Below are positions 1 through 10,313 of a stretch of 64,000 nucleotides of DNA, piece after piece. Source of the DNA: a bacterium (GTDB lineage Bacteria; Patescibacteriota; Minisyncoccia; Phycocordibacterales; UBA5272). The translations under genes and the position numbers were made by a program. Location of the stretch: NCBI GenBank assembly GCA_023267635.1, contig JAHFMX010000001.1:83165-147164 (forward strand), read 5' to 3'. Every line of letters begins with the position of its first letter. Position 1 is the stretch's first letter. Under the pieces are notes generated by a model that was given only the letters and a program-made list of their open reading frames with translations, ran no database searches and was not told where the DNA came from.

Positions 1-179
1 ATGATGAGGGAGCCAATGCTTCCTGCAAGGAACATCACTGTGAACCCGACAACTAACTGGTAGATGCGAGTATTGTCTGGTTGGAGGTATTTGCCCACGG
101 ATATTGCCGTCTGTGTAATTATTACAGAAGTAATGGTCCACTCAAGAGCTCTCCATGGAGTGTATTTGGGTGGAGGCAC
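1..179 (-). CDS. N-terminal fragment of a membrane protein; gene continues beyond window start
   Basis: Open minus-strand frame from 179 down to position 1 encoding VPPPKYTPWRALEWTITSVIITQTAISVGKYLQPDNTRIYQLVVGFTVMFLAGSIGSLI with hydrophobic stretches; AGGA about 6 nt upstream of GTG at 177-179; absent from the ORF track because it is truncated. Confidence 0.3.
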   Translation of the reverse strand, partial: MPPPKYTPWRALEWTITSVIITQTAISVGKYLQPDNTRIYQLVVGFTVMFLAGSIGSLI

Positions 180-197
180 CAAAATTCCTTTCAGGGT

Positions 198-380
198 TTA
201 GTAGCAGCGAATCTTCTCGCGGCCGCTGGTGCGGTTGCGACTGAAGCCGATGATGATCCGACGTTGCGCTGGAATCTTGCTGGGTTGAAACCCTGAGGTT
301 TCGCCAGTGAATGCTCCTGGTGTCGGAATATCCACGGTTTTTGCTTTGTGTCCTGGGCGCTTCACGGTGACTTGGCACAT
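198..380 (-). CDS. small basic protein, 60 aa; possibly a divergent ribosomal protein L28-like
   Basis: ATG at 380 preceded by AAGGAG with a 7-nt spacer; local GC about 53% against about 40% background; N-terminus MCQVTVKRP resembles the L28 CxxTGKRP start and FQPSKIPAQRRIIIG resembles L28 FLPNLxxxRIxVDG, but the GNNVSH motif is missing. Confidence 0.4.
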   Translation of the reverse strand: MCQVTVKRPGHKAKTVDIPTPGAFTGETSGFQPSKIPAQRRIIIGFSRNRTSGREKIRCY

Positions 381-524
381 ACTGTTTCTCCTTGGTTGTT
401 GTTAATGTACAGAAATGAAATCGGGTATCCTATACTCTATTATACACCATTTAACACATTTGTCAAGTATCCATAACCCTTATACATACTGTCTAAATAA
501 AAAAGCTATGGTAGAATACTCCAC

Positions 525-1160
525 ATGATTATCACTCACTTTGGACGACAACACTTTAAATTTCAAGTTGGAGATACAACCTTTGCCCTTAATCCTGTTT
601 CTAAAGACGGAAAAGGAAAGGTTGCTAAATATGGTGCAGATGTATGTCTTATTACGACAAACCATCCAGACTATAACGGACGTGAACAAACAGAGCACGG
701 AGGAAAGACTCCTTTCGTAATTATGGGCGCAGGGGAGTATGAAGTTGCAGATATTTTTATCAAAGGATTTGGTACAGAAGTTGAACTAAAGGACGGAAAG
801 ACTGCAAAGAAATACCAGAATACAAGTTACTGCTTTACCTTTGATGGTATTAAGGTGACATTCCTCGGTGCGCTTTCACATATGCTTGAGCCTGCACATA
901 AAGAAATTATTGATGAGACAGATGTTCTCTTTATTCCAGTTGGAGAAGATGGGTTCCTTCTTAACGCGTATGATGCGCACAAGCTTGCTGTGTCACTTGA
1001 ACCGAAACTCATTATTCCTATGGATTACAATGAGCAGTCAATTCCAATTTTCTTGAAAGAAGCAGGAGCAGAAAAAGTTGAACCAGTTGAAAAGCTTACT
1101 ATCAAGAAAAAAGATATTGATGGGAAACTCGGCGAGGTGGTTCTCTTTCACGAAATGTAA
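525..1160 (+). CDS. MBL-fold metallo-hydrolase-like protein
   Basis: 211 aa; N-terminal beta-lactamase-like pattern MIITHFGRQ..DTTFALNP..GADVCLITTNHPDY; canonical HxHxDH is degenerate; followed by a hairpin terminator. Confidence 0.45.
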   Translation: MIITHFGRQHFKFQVGDTTFALNPVSKDGKGKVAKYGADVCLITTNHPDYNGREQTEHGGKTPFVIMGAGEYEVADIFIKGFGTEVELKDGKTAKKYQNTSYCFTFDGIKVTFLGALSHMLEPAHKEIIDETDVLFIPVGEDGFLLNAYDAHKLAVSLEPKLIIPMDYNEQSIPIFLKEAGAEKVEPVEKLTIKKKDIDGKLGEVVLFHEM

Positions 1161-1165
1161 ACAAA

Positions 1166-1190
1166 GCGCGAACGTACAGTTCGCGCTTTT
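1166..1190 (+). terminator. intrinsic terminator
   Basis: Perfect 8-bp stem GCGCGAAC/GTTCGCGC with loop GTACA, then TTTT. Confidence 0.6.
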
Positions 1191-1209
1191 ACGTTATACT
1201 TAACCACAT

Positions 1210-1500
1210 ATGAAATTCCCATTTTTTTGGAAGAAGGAAAACATACAAGGCGATGATCTTATTATTAAAGAACAAGCTGAACAAACACTTCTAGGACGCA
1301 ATCATGATCTCGATGCCATACGAGAGCGATTAGAAAGAGAGTACCCGAGCGCAGAAAGCGCTATTGAGGATTATAGAAAGGAGTATGTAACTGAAGCACA
1401 GTTGGCGTTACGATTTTCACCTGAGGAAATTGACACCATTCATGCTGAACGAGATGGGAGGGATAGAGAAGACGCTGAGATTCCTTCAGGATATTTATAA
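1210..1500 (+). CDS. hypothetical acidic protein
   Basis: 96-aa ORF; TATACT at 1195-1200 nine nt upstream of ATG; stop overlaps next start as TAATG. Confidence 0.4.
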   Translation: MKFPFFWKKENIQGDDLIIKEQAEQTLLGRNHDLDAIRERLEREYPSAESAIEDYRKEYVTEAQLALRFSPEEIDTIHAERDGRDREDAEIPSGYL

Positions 1501-1826
1501 TGAAATTTATTTTAAAACATTTTACGCTTCGTTATTATTTGAGGCATGTACGAAAGCAAAATAAACACATGCAACATGTGCATGCTATTGCGTTTGCTGG
1601 GATTATTACGGCTCTTATTGCGGGTGTTATTTTGTACGCCGACTACGGATTTTGGCACGAAACATACGTTGCAGAAGATGCCCTTGTTGTTACTGATGCA
1701 AACATACCGGAGGAGTCTTCCGGATACTCCTGGGGGAGCTTTTTTGCAGAAGCTAAAGAGCGTTTTGCAAACATTGGAACAACAAGTGCAAGCTTCTTAG
1801 AAGGTAAAGAAACATATAAAAAGTAG
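1500..1826 (+). CDS. hypothetical membrane protein
   Basis: 108 aa with one TM segment AIAFAGIITALIAGVILY; translationally coupled TAATG with upstream ORF. Confidence 0.4.
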   Translation: MKFILKHFTLRYYLRHVRKQNKHMQHVHAIAFAGIITALIAGVILYADYGFWHETYVAEDALVVTDANIPEESSGYSWGSFFAEAKERFANIGTTSASFLEGKETYKK

Positions 1827-1857
1827 CATAAAAGCTATAGCAAAAGAGTTCACTTTA

Positions 1858-1866
1858 TGGTATACT
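1858..1866 (+). promoter_or_regulatory. extended -10 element TGGTATACT upstream of gyrA
   Basis: TGnTATACT 25 nt upstream of the gyrA ATG; no clear -35. Confidence 0.35.
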
Positions 1867-1891
1867 AAAAAGATAATAATCCCTTATATCT

Positions 1892-4378
1892 ATGGCAAAA
1901 AAGACTGTTCCACAAGGAGAAAATAACGATGCTGGAGGTGCTTCTGTAGCAGTTCACAACGCCCATCTTAAGGTAAATATTTCTCGTGAAATGAAGGACG
2001 CGTATTTGGATTACGCGATGTCTGTTATTACTTCTCGTGCGCTTCCTGATGCTCGAGATGGAATGAAACCAGTGCACCGTCGAATTCTTTTTGCGATGAA
2101 CAACATGGGTCTTACTGCGGGAGCAAAGTTCCGAAAGTCTGCAACAGTGGTTGGAGAAGTACTCGGTAACTATCACCCTCACGGAGACGCATCAGTGTAT
2201 GATGCGATGGTAAAAACAGCGCAGGATTTTTCGTATCGTTATCCACTTGTTATGGGGCAGGGAAACTTTGGATCAATCGACGGTGACGGAGCAGCTGCTA
2301 TGCGTTATACGGAAGCAAAAATGTCGAAGCTTTCTATGGAAATGATGCGTGATATCGAAAAGGACACGGTAAAGATGGTTCCTAACTATGACGGTACAAA
2401 GCGTGAACCTCATGTTCTTCCAACATCTGTTCCGAACCTTCTTCTTAACGGAACACTTGGTATTGCCGTTGGTATGGCAACAAACATTCCTCCACACAAC
2501 TTGGGAGAGGTGATTGATGCTACGGCGCATTTAATTGATAACCCACACGCAACGACTGAAGAGTTGTGTGACTACGTTAAGGGGCCTGACTTTCCACTTG
2601 GTGGAATTGCATTCGGTCAGTCTGATATTCGTGCAGCGTACGCAACAGGGCGTGGCGGAGTTGTTGTTCGAGGAGAAGCGGAAATTACAGAAACAAAGAA
2701 TGGAATGTTCCAAATCATTATTACTTCTATTCCATACCGTGTACTGAAGAGTAATCTCATTGAAAACATTGCAGATCTTGTGCGTGAAAAGAAAATTGAA
2801 GGCATCAAAGGACTTCGTGATGAATCAACAAAAGACATTCGCGTGGTGATTGATTTGAAGAGTGGTGCTCAGCCACAGAAGGTTCTTAACTATTTATATA
2901 AACACACAGAACTAGAATCAACATTCCATTACAACGTTGTTGCGCTTGTTGATGGTGTACCTCAAACGCTTGCTCTTAAAGGAGCACTTGAAGCGTTTAT
3001 TGGTCACCGAAAGGAAGTTGTTCGTCGTCGTACTGAATTTGATCTTAAACGTGCACTTGAACGTGAACACATCTTACTTGGTCTTAAAAAGGCGCTTGAT
3101 CACATTGATGAAATCATCAAAACAATTCGTGCTTCAAAGGACACACCTGATGCTCATGCGGCTTTGGTAAAGAAGTTTAAGTTCTCAGATATTCAGGCAA
3201 CTGCGATTCTTGAAATGAAGCTTCAGCGATTGGCTGGACTTGAACGAAAGAAGATTGAGGATGACTTGAAAGCAGTTCAGGCTCTCATTGCAGAGCTTAA
3301 GGCAATTCTTGCATCAGAAAAGAAAATGCTCGCAATTATCAAAGGTGAACTTACTGATATCAAAGATAAATACGGAGACGAACGCCGCACAAAGATTGTA
3401 AAGCATCGCGCAAAGGAATTTAATCCAGAAGATTTGATTGCAGATCAGGAACAAGTACTTGTGTATACATCAGGAGGATATGTAAAGCGTACAGACCCTG
3501 CAGAATTTAGAACACAGAAACGTGGTGGTGTTGGAGTTGTTGACATGAACACGAAGGAAGAAGACTTCGTAACGATGTCACTTACTACCTCAACTCACAG
3601 TGATCTTCTCTTCTTTACTGACAAAGGAAAGGCATATCAGATCAAGATGTATGATCTTCCAGAAGGGAAGCGTGCCACTCGTGGGAAATCAATCATGAAC
3701 TTCCTACAGCTAGTGGACGGTGAAAAGGTAACGTCTATCCTTCCAATGTCAAAAGATGTGAAGGCACTCGTTGGGCAGTCTCTTATGATGATTACAAAAG
3801 AAGGAACCGTGAAGAAGTCATCTGCTGAAAGCTTTAAGGATGTGCGAAGAAATGGTTTGATTGCGATTCGTCTAGAGGACAAGGATGAATTACTTGCTGC
3901 ACTTTTTGTAACGGGTGAGGACAATGTGATGCTCACAACTCAGAATGGTCAGTCAATTCGTTTCAATCACACAGATGTTCGAGAAATGGGTCGTACTGCA
4001 GGAGGGGTGATTGGTATGAAGTTAGACAAGGGAGATATCATTGTTGCTGCAGATAAGATTCCAGAAGGAACTCGTGGAGCTGAACTTCTTGTGGTAACTG
4101 CAAATGGATATGGAAAGAAAACAAAACTTTCTGAATACAAAACACAGAAGCGTGGAGGTTCAGGTATCAAGACAGTGAAGGTAACAACAAAAACTGGTCC
4201 GCTTATTGTGGCTCGTGTGGTAACTGCAGAGCATGAAGAACTTCTTGCGGTATCAAAAGATTCACAAGTGATCAGAACAGAAGTAAGTTCTATCCCAACG
4301 CTTGGACGAGACACACAGGGTGTGCGAGTGATGAAGTTGCGGGAGGGGGATAGTGTTGCAACATTTAACTTGCTTTAA
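1892..4378 (+). CDS. gyrA: DNA gyrase subunit A
   Basis: 828 aa; N-terminal [28 protein letters not shown] with the catalytic Tyr region; C-terminal beta-pinwheel repeats. Confidence 0.95.
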   Translation: MAKKTVPQGENNDAGGASVAVHNAHLKVNISREMKDAYLDYAMSVITSRALPDARDGMKPVHRRILFAMNNMGLTAGAKFRKSATVVGEVLGNYHPHGDASVYDAMVKTAQDFSYRYPLVMGQGNFGSIDGDGAAAMRYTEAKMSKLSMEMMRDIEKDTVKMVPNYDGTKREPHVLPTSVPNLLLNGTLGIAVGMATNIPPHNLGEVIDATAHLIDNPHATTEELCDYVKGPDFPLGGIAFGQSDIRAAYATGRGGVVVRGEAEITETKNGMFQIIITSIPYRVLKSNLIENIADLVREKKIEGIKGLRDESTKDIRVVIDLKSGAQPQKVLNYLYKHTELESTFHYNVVALVDGVPQTLALKGALEAFIGHRKEVVRRRTEFDLKRALEREHILLGLKKALDHIDEIIKTIRASKDTPDAHAALVKKFKFSDIQATAILEMKLQRLAGLERKKIEDDLKAVQALIAELKAILASEKKMLAIIKGELTDIKDKYGDERRTKIVKHRAKEFNPEDLIADQEQVLVYTSGGYVKRTDPAEFRTQKRGGVGVVDMNTKEEDFVTMSLTTSTHSDLLFFTDKGKAYQIKMYDLPEGKRATRGKSIMNFLQLVDGEKVTSILPMSKDVKALVGQSLMMITKEGTVKKSSAESFKDVRRNGLIAIRLEDKDELLAALFVTGEDNVMLTTQNGQSIRFNHTDVREMGRTAGGVIGMKLDKGDIIVAADKIPEGTRGAELLVVTANGYGKKTKLSEYKTQKRGGSGIKTVKVTTKTGPLIVARVVTAEHEELLAVSKDSQVIRTEVSSIPTLGRDTQGVRVMKLREGDSVATFNLL

Positions 4379-4380
4379 AC

Positions 4381-5136
4381 ATGTTTAAAGATTCCTTAGA
4401 TTTTTTTAGAAATATTATTCTGGGGAAAGAAAATGATGTGGTAGTTTCGGCAGAAGATACTTTGAAGGAAAGAATATCATCTCCTTTCTATGGTTATTTT
4501 CTGATTTCTTGGATTATATTTAATTGGAAGTTTATTTATATAGCTTTTTTTGTAAGTGAAGAAAAAATTTTCCAAAAAACAGGACTATTGAGAGAAGAGT
4601 ATCTCTGGTTGAATTCACCAGTAGATGTTTTGGGGAATATTTTTCAATTTGTTCTATATCCGTTTATGTTCTCACTCTTTGCGATATTTGTTCTACCGTA
4701 CATTTCACAGCTCTTTTTTTGGAAAAGTGTACTCAATAAGAGAGCTCTATTAAATATTGAAAAAAGATTGAATGAAAAAATAGCGGAGAAAATTGATTCG
4801 GACACTAAAGTTATCGTAGCAGAAACTAAAAAAAAGGTAGCTGAAAAAAGTGCAGAAGCAGAAGCGCCAGAAGTTCTTTGGGAAAGAGAGTTCGAAAAAT
4901 TCAAAAAAAATATTCTTTATCTTGAATTTGGTAAAGTAATCTACAATTTTTATAAAGGAAATGAGTTTTCTATATCTGCCAGCATGGCTGCCTTTTTAGA
5001 TTTAAACGGACTGGGAAATGTTCAATTGTTCAACAGTAAGGTGGCATTAGAGGAGAAAGGAAAGTTTTTTGTAAAAAAATATTTGGAAATTAATCCGAAT
5101 GCTTTATTAATATCACCAGAGAATAGTTCTAGATAG
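4381..5136 (+). CDS. hypothetical membrane protein, very AT-rich
   Basis: 251 aa; two hydrophobic segments then a Lys/Glu-rich helical region; starts 2 nt after the gyrA stop; GC clearly below neighbours. Confidence 0.45.
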   Translation: MFKDSLDFFRNIILGKENDVVVSAEDTLKERISSPFYGYFLISWIIFNWKFIYIAFFVSEEKIFQKTGLLREEYLWLNSPVDVLGNIFQFVLYPFMFSLFAIFVLPYISQLFFWKSVLNKRALLNIEKRLNEKIAEKIDSDTKVIVAETKKKVAEKSAEAEAPEVLWEREFEKFKKNILYLEFGKVIYNFYKGNEFSISASMAAFLDLNGLGNVQLFNSKVALEEKGKFFVKKYLEINPNALLISPENSSR

Positions 5137-5213
5137 GTTAGCTTCTTAGAGTTTGCTGGTTGATAGCCTATCCACTACTTACTGTTCATCACCTGCTGCT
5201 ATACTGTACCCAT

Positions 5214-5735
5214 ATGTTTTTAACCCCAGACCATCTTGTTCGTGAATTATATTTGAAGCCAGGAGATCGCGTGGCTGATATTGGTTGTGGAACAGGAGCG
5301 TACACTATTGCGCTTGCTCGTGAAGTAGGAGATATGGGTCAGGTGTACGCGGTGGACGTACACAAGGATCAGTTACATACCCTCGCAAGCACACTTGAAC
5401 GCCAGAAACTTTTGAATGTTGAAATTCTCTGGGCGGATATCGAAAAAGGAATTCCTATTGATGCATATAGTTTGGATGCAGTTGTGCTCTCTAATGTTTT
5501 GTTCCAATTACAAGATATTGATGCAGCGCTTACGTATGTTGCAAAGATTGTAAAACCAGGAGGAATGCTGCTTGTAGTGGATTGGTCTAAGTCACACGCT
5601 GGTATTGGACCACATAGCTCTCACGTAGTAACAGAAGAACAAGCAGAAACATTTGTTCTGAAACATGGATTTCGTATGCAGAAAAGATTACCTGCAGGGG
5701 ACTATCACTACGCATTTATTTCAGTATCTGCGTAG
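5214..5735 (+). CDS. class I SAM-dependent methyltransferase
   Basis: Motif VADIGCGTGAYTIALA (GxGxG SAM-binding); start set at ATG 5214 because TATACT at 5200-5205 lies 8 nt upstream; the ORF track extends to 5160. Confidence 0.7.
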   Translation: MFLTPDHLVRELYLKPGDRVADIGCGTGAYTIALAREVGDMGQVYAVDVHKDQLHTLASTLERQKLLNVEILWADIEKGIPIDAYSLDAVVLSNVLFQLQDIDAALTYVAKIVKPGGMLLVVDWSKSHAGIGPHSSHVVTEEQAETFVLKHGFRMQKRLPAGDYHYAFISVSA

Positions 5736-5822
5736 TATCTGGGCTGGAAAATAAAGGCGGGAAGTAAGGGTTGAGGTTTTTGTCCACTACCTAGTACCCA
5801 TTACCTGCTATATACTGTTCTC

Positions 5823-7121
5823 ATGTTACGCACAATACTTCTCGGCGCTGGAATTTTCGCAGCTCTACTTTCTATATTAATATTCTCTGGGAAAATTCCT
5901 CTAGGGAACGCAAAAGATAAACCAGTAGGAGAGGTTGTCTTATGGGGAACTGTTGATGAGGTGCAAATGAATACGATAGTGCAGGAATTTAATCCGCAGG
6001 CCAAAACGTACCAAGTACGGTATACGGAGATTCCAGCAACACAGTTTAGTCAGAAGTTACTCGAAGCTCTAGCTAATGGAACAGGACCAGACATGATTAT
6101 TGTTCCTCATCAGCTTATCCTAGCGAATCAGACACGACTCTACCCATTTCCAATTGGCTCGCTATCAGAGAAGAAATATAAAGATCTCTATGTAGATGGG
6201 GCTTCGGTGTTGTTTACTCCATCAGGGGCGCTCGCACTTCCTGTGTCTATTGATCCGTTGGTTCTTTTCTATAACCGTACATTATTCTCTAAACATGGCA
6301 TAGTTAATCCTCCGCAGTATTGGGATGAGTTAGTAAACATGGTTCCACTCCTTACTATTCTTGATAGTCGTGGTCAATTTGTAGAATCCGCTATTTCTCT
6401 TGGTGCTCCAAATACACCGTATGCAAAAGAAATTCTTATGGCAACTGTGCAACAGCTTGGACAAACTCCAGTACTTAAGCAGTATCAGGAAGATGGTCAG
6501 TCGTATCTAAGTGTCACTGCGAATACTCCAGTTACGCAGGACGGTGAAGTGTTTCCACTAGCAACGGCTGCGCGATTCTTTACCCAGTTCTCAGATCCAA
6601 CAAAAAATACCTACACATGGAGTCAGTACGGAGGGAATGCAGAGGATCAGTTTGTGGCAGAAAAAGTTGCTATGTATATCGGACGAGCAAGTGAACTTGC
6701 GACACTTCGTGCACGTAATCCAAAGGCAGATGTAGAGATGTCATATCTTCCTCAGACGAGGGGGTACAATACATTTTCAACAACAGGACAAATGTATGCA
6801 ATCGGCACACTTAAGACAAGTAAGAATCTTGTAACGTCACTCACTATTGAGGGAGAGTTTGCGGGTGCTGGGGTTTCTCCTGCAATTGCGTCTCTTATGG
6901 GAACTGTTCCAGCACTTCGCGCGTATTCAAGTACTGAAGGCCTGTCTGATGTAATCGCTCGAAGTATGTTGGTCGCAAAACCTTGGTATGATAGTTTCCC
7001 AATCGAATCAGTAACACTCGTCTCTACCATGCTAGCTGACATTATAAGTGGAAGAGCGGGAGCGGCGGATGCGGCGGCGGACTTTGTATCTCGTTTGCAG
7101 GACCTGTATACTCCACTGTAA
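5823..7121 (+). CDS. membrane-anchored extracellular solute-binding-like protein
   Basis: 432 aa; N-terminal TM anchor then periplasmic-binding-protein-like sequence (LWGTVDE..QEFNPQ..); no adjacent permease or ATPase genes; TATACT 6 nt upstream of ATG. Confidence 0.4.
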   Translation: MLRTILLGAGIFAALLSILIFSGKIPLGNAKDKPVGEVVLWGTVDEVQMNTIVQEFNPQAKTYQVRYTEIPATQFSQKLLEALANGTGPDMIIVPHQLILANQTRLYPFPIGSLSEKKYKDLYVDGASVLFTPSGALALPVSIDPLVLFYNRTLFSKHGIVNPPQYWDELVNMVPLLTILDSRGQFVESAISLGAPNTPYAKEILMATVQQLGQTPVLKQYQEDGQSYLSVTANTPVTQDGEVFPLATAARFFTQFSDPTKNTYTWSQYGGNAEDQFVAEKVAMYIGRASELATLRARNPKADVEMSYLPQTRGYNTFSTTGQMYAIGTLKTSKNLVTSLTIEGEFAGAGVSPAIASLMGTVPALRAYSSTEGLSDVIARSMLVAKPWYDSFPIESVTLVSTMLADIISGRAGAADAAADFVSRLQDLYTPL

Positions 7122-7130
7122 TACTCAGCT

Positions 7131-8111
7131 ATGAAATCCTCTACCATGAAGACAGTTTTCCTCTCAATATTTCTTGCGACGGTGTTAGCTACTCTTTCGG
7201 TTTCTGGTGTGCAAGCTCAAACTCCTTCTATTGCGGGAGATGGTACATGTGGAGCAACTGCCGCGGACGTATGTACCCCTCAGGATTTAAAAGAAATGGG
7301 AAGGAAACTTCTCACTATGTTTGCATTGCTCGGTAGTGGAATACTGGTTGTTATCATCGGTATACGTTTAGTAACATCTATGTTTGCCTACATGCGGGGA
7401 GATGTTATGGCTATTAAAAAGGCAGGCGAAGCTGCATTTAATGCGGCGATCGGTTTCTTTATTGTGTTTGCGGTTGCTGGAGGAATATTCCTATTAGGAC
7501 TTAAATACCTAGGTGCTCAACCATGGGTGGGGCAACTGCTTCAAATGTTTTCAAGTGCGTTTGTAGAGACAGCGTATGCACAGGAAACACTTTTGCCCAA
7601 TCCGCTTGGATCAAACAGTGCGTATGATCTTATATTAGCTGCAATGAATCTTGCAATGAGATTCTTTATTTACCCAGGACTTATCGTAATGTGGGTAGCG
7701 TCAGGATTTAAGTTTATTTATTCACAGGGTAACCCAGAGGGGCTTAAAACTGCACGCAACTGGTTGTTTATGTCTTTTATTATTACGGTTGTTGCGTTTT
7801 CACTCCAGGCGTTTCTATTAGCTTTCCGTGCGACGGCAGAGAAGATCGTTCCTATAGAGAAGAGTCAGACTATCCCTGCACCACAGACCACATCTCCTCT
7901 TCCTACAAACACAAATACTCCTGTTGCATGTGGATCAATTGCAAGCGAAGTACAGCGCAACGCATGTTTTGCAGCACAAGCGGGGACGACGGATGGTCGT
8001 GGGAAGCCAGAACCTAAGACACCAGGAGCTGCTTGTGTTGTGGGAGGAATGAATGGTAGGTGGGTGGGGGATTCTCTTAACGGATATTGTGTTGCAGGAG
8101 GAAGCAGATAA
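7131..8111 (+). CDS. membrane protein with VirB2/TrbC-pilin-like core and Cys-containing C-terminal extension
   Basis: Signal peptide, multiple TM helices; segment VMWVASGFKFIYSQGNPEGLKTARNWLFMSFIITVVAFSLQA matches the helix-loop-helix pattern of the three small paralogs downstream. Confidence 0.45.
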   Translation: MKSSTMKTVFLSIFLATVLATLSVSGVQAQTPSIAGDGTCGATAADVCTPQDLKEMGRKLLTMFALLGSGILVVIIGIRLVTSMFAYMRGDVMAIKKAGEAAFNAAIGFFIVFAVAGGIFLLGLKYLGAQPWVGQLLQMFSSAFVETAYAQETLLPNPLGSNSAYDLILAAMNLAMRFFIYPGLIVMWVASGFKFIYSQGNPEGLKTARNWLFMSFIITVVAFSLQAFLLAFRATAEKIVPIEKSQTIPAPQTTSPLPTNTNTPVACGSIASEVQRNACFAAQAGTTDGRGKPEPKTPGAACVVGGMNGRWVGDSLNGYCVAGGSR

Positions 8112-8170
8112 TCCTTGTGGGTGGAAAATATGTAAGATACACTATAGACACTATTAACTTATACGCAGCC

Positions 8171-8914
8171 ATGAAAAAGATTCCTTATCTCCAAATTCTT
8201 CTCTTTATTTGTATTGTTAGTTTCGTTTCTATTCCTACGCTTGTGTTTGCTCAGGATGGTGCTGCTCAGATTAACAAAGGCTTTGATACATTTGGCGGAA
8301 TCATTACTAGATTTACTCAAACAATCGTTCGCTCACTTGCAACACTCTTTGCAACCGCGGCCATGGTTGCGTTTTTCTACGGCATCGTACAGTTCATCTG
8401 GGGGTCACGAGACGGAGATGCTACGAAAGCAAAGAATGGTAAGAATTTTATGCTGTGGGGACTCATTGCGCTTTTCGTAATGTTCTCAGTCTGGGGAATC
8501 ATTAACTACGCTCAGGGAATATTTGGTATCGCAGGAAAAAATACAATTGTTATCCCACAGATTGAATTAGGGAATGGTAAGACTCAAGCAGATCCAAGTT
8601 CACAGGGATTGCCAATACTTAGGACTATCTACTATTGTTCAGATGGAACGCCGTATTACAATCAGTCTGATTTCAAAACAGCCTGCGCTCCTGCTCCAGG
8701 GGGTTCATCATCAAATACAACTAACACAAATCCTTGTGCTAATGACCCTAATGGTTTGACGCAGTATGATCCTGAGAGTAAAGGATGTGTGCGACCTTCA
8801 TCGCCAGGAGGAACTACTCAAACACCATATACTTGTCCAGATGGAGTAACGCCGTATTATGCTCCATCTGACTTCTCAACGGTCTGTACAGGTAGTGCGG
8901 CAAGTGGCATTTAA
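8171..8914 (+). CDS. T4SS pilin-like protein (VirB2/TrbC topology) with Cys/Pro-rich C-terminal domain
   Basis: Signal peptide MKKIPYLQILLFICIVSFVSIPTLVFA, then two hydrophobic helices separated by a short GDATKAKNGK loop (FFYGIVQFIWGSRDGDATKAKNGKNFMLWGLIALFVMFSVWGII); paralog of 10461 and 10976; the ORF track extends upstream to 8087. Confidence 0.5.
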   Translation: MKKIPYLQILLFICIVSFVSIPTLVFAQDGAAQINKGFDTFGGIITRFTQTIVRSLATLFATAAMVAFFYGIVQFIWGSRDGDATKAKNGKNFMLWGLIALFVMFSVWGIINYAQGIFGIAGKNTIVIPQIELGNGKTQADPSSQGLPILRTIYYCSDGTPYYNQSDFKTACAPAPGGSSSNTTNTNPCANDPNGLTQYDPESKGCVRPSSPGGTTQTPYTCPDGVTPYYAPSDFSTVCTGSAASGI

Positions 8915-9129
8915 TTTTTCCGACATGTATAAATACAACTTACATCAACGTAAGTAGGCGTGCGTGGAGCGTCACTGAACTTAATTGTAGTCAGCAGAAG
9001 TCTACCTTTTAGAAAATTAGGGTTTAATTACCAGTATTGACAGAATCTTTTTGGTAACGTAGTGTAGAAAATGAAGGTACCGATACATGTCGGTTACTGC
9101 ATTCTTTTTCAACTCATTGGAGGTATTTT

Positions 9130-9888
9130 ATGACCACGAAAAGTGACCCAACGACAGGTGAAAAGACGTTTATGGAGTCTGTTCAGCAGGGTGGGCAACG
9201 CCCACCTAAAAGAGGAGTGGAGGACCATGAGGCAAGAAGGCCTCAAAGGCCAGCTCCTCCTCCCCATGGAACCGCGAGTGGTGGGCAACCTCCAACGCCA
9301 CCACCAGCTGTTCCTGGTGGTGGCGACAACGGAAAGTCTGGAGGTGATGAAGGTGGATCAGGGGGCGGGGTTAAGAAATGGCTGGAGGACAACAAGTTGG
9401 CCACGCTCTTTCTCGGACTTCTTCTGTTGACTACTTTTACTGCAATCGGCAATCAGATATGGGTGTACTATACCCGGCAAAGCATCCAATTGGTCAAGGA
9501 GCTCAACGACGCAGAGTCGTCTCCTGCCAAGGTTGCCGTGCCGCGTGTGGTTCCTGCCAAAATCCCTGTGCCGCCTGCAGTGCAATGTCAGTCGCCTGCA
9601 CCCGGAGCTACGCTTTTCTGGCAGCCACTATCTCTTTCACCAGGAAGCTGTGTGGAGCTTGCTCCACCAGCAAACGGAAGTATGTATTTTTGGGCGACAT
9701 TTTCTGCTGTCCCGAAATCCATGGAAGGCGTGTCTGAGATCAAGAGCGCGCGCGACGCAGGTGGACAGGACATTGTTCCAACAGGCGTTTGCCAAGGATC
9801 CAATTGTCAGGATTTCATCCGCAATCACTTGGGGCAAAGCTTGTTTGTGCGACAAGTTTCCAACCAAAACTTACATATCAAACTTTAA
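9130..9888 (+). CDS. Pro/Gly-rich membrane-anchored surface protein
   Basis: GGAGG 8 nt upstream; N-terminal PPPP/GGxGG low complexity, one TM (LATLFLGLLLLTTFTAIG), C-terminal Cys-containing domain; region GC about 55%. Confidence 0.5.
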   Translation: MTTKSDPTTGEKTFMESVQQGGQRPPKRGVEDHEARRPQRPAPPPHGTASGGQPPTPPPAVPGGGDNGKSGGDEGGSGGGVKKWLEDNKLATLFLGLLLLTTFTAIGNQIWVYYTRQSIQLVKELNDAESSPAKVAVPRVVPAKIPVPPAVQCQSPAPGATLFWQPLSLSPGSCVELAPPANGSMYFWATFSAVPKSMEGVSEIKSARDAGGQDIVPTGVCQGSNCQDFIRNHLGQSLFVRQVSNQNLHIKL

Positions 9889-9900
9889 AGGAGTATCTTC

Positions 9901-10284
9901 ATGTCACCTCCACCAGCAAAAACCACACCAGCCGCAGCCGAGAAGAAGGAGGATGAGAAGAAACCCGAGAAGAAGAAGTCGCTTGGTGAAAATCTTGCGA
10001 TGATCCTGCTCTCCATTCTCTTCATTGTCATTTTCCTGTATATCCTCAATCCGCTTTTGGGAATGGGATTTGACGCAAGCGCGCAGACGATACGAACGAC
10101 TGGCGATGGATTGCAAAGCAACGGGGTTGCCTTGATTCATGCAGGCATCGGCGCTGGGGTCTTCATGGCTGGACTTACCGGCTTCATCCTGAAGATGCTA
10201 CTCATCGCACTGGTTGTCGTCGGTAGTGCACTGCTCGCACGGCTTATTGTCGGATTGATGAAGCCAAAGGAAGCTCACCATTAA
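9901..10284 (+). CDS. Lys/Glu-rich N-terminus membrane protein
   Basis: AAAGGAG RBS; 127 aa with 3 hydrophobic helices; GC-rich like the upstream gene. Confidence 0.5.
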   Translation: MSPPPAKTTPAAAEKKEDEKKPEKKKSLGENLAMILLSILFIVIFLYILNPLLGMGFDASAQTIRTTGDGLQSNGVALIHAGIGAGVFMAGLTGFILKMLLIALVVVGSALLARLIVGLMKPKEAHH

Positions 10285-10313
10285 AAAGCCGTCATTTGCA
10301 CGTTACGCAATAA

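Noticed and set aside
9143-10140. Multiple overlapping alternative-frame ORFs on both strands in the GC-rich island
   Set aside because: High GC removes stop codons in all frames; only the two plus-strand ORFs have SD sequences and coherent TM/low-complexity protein features
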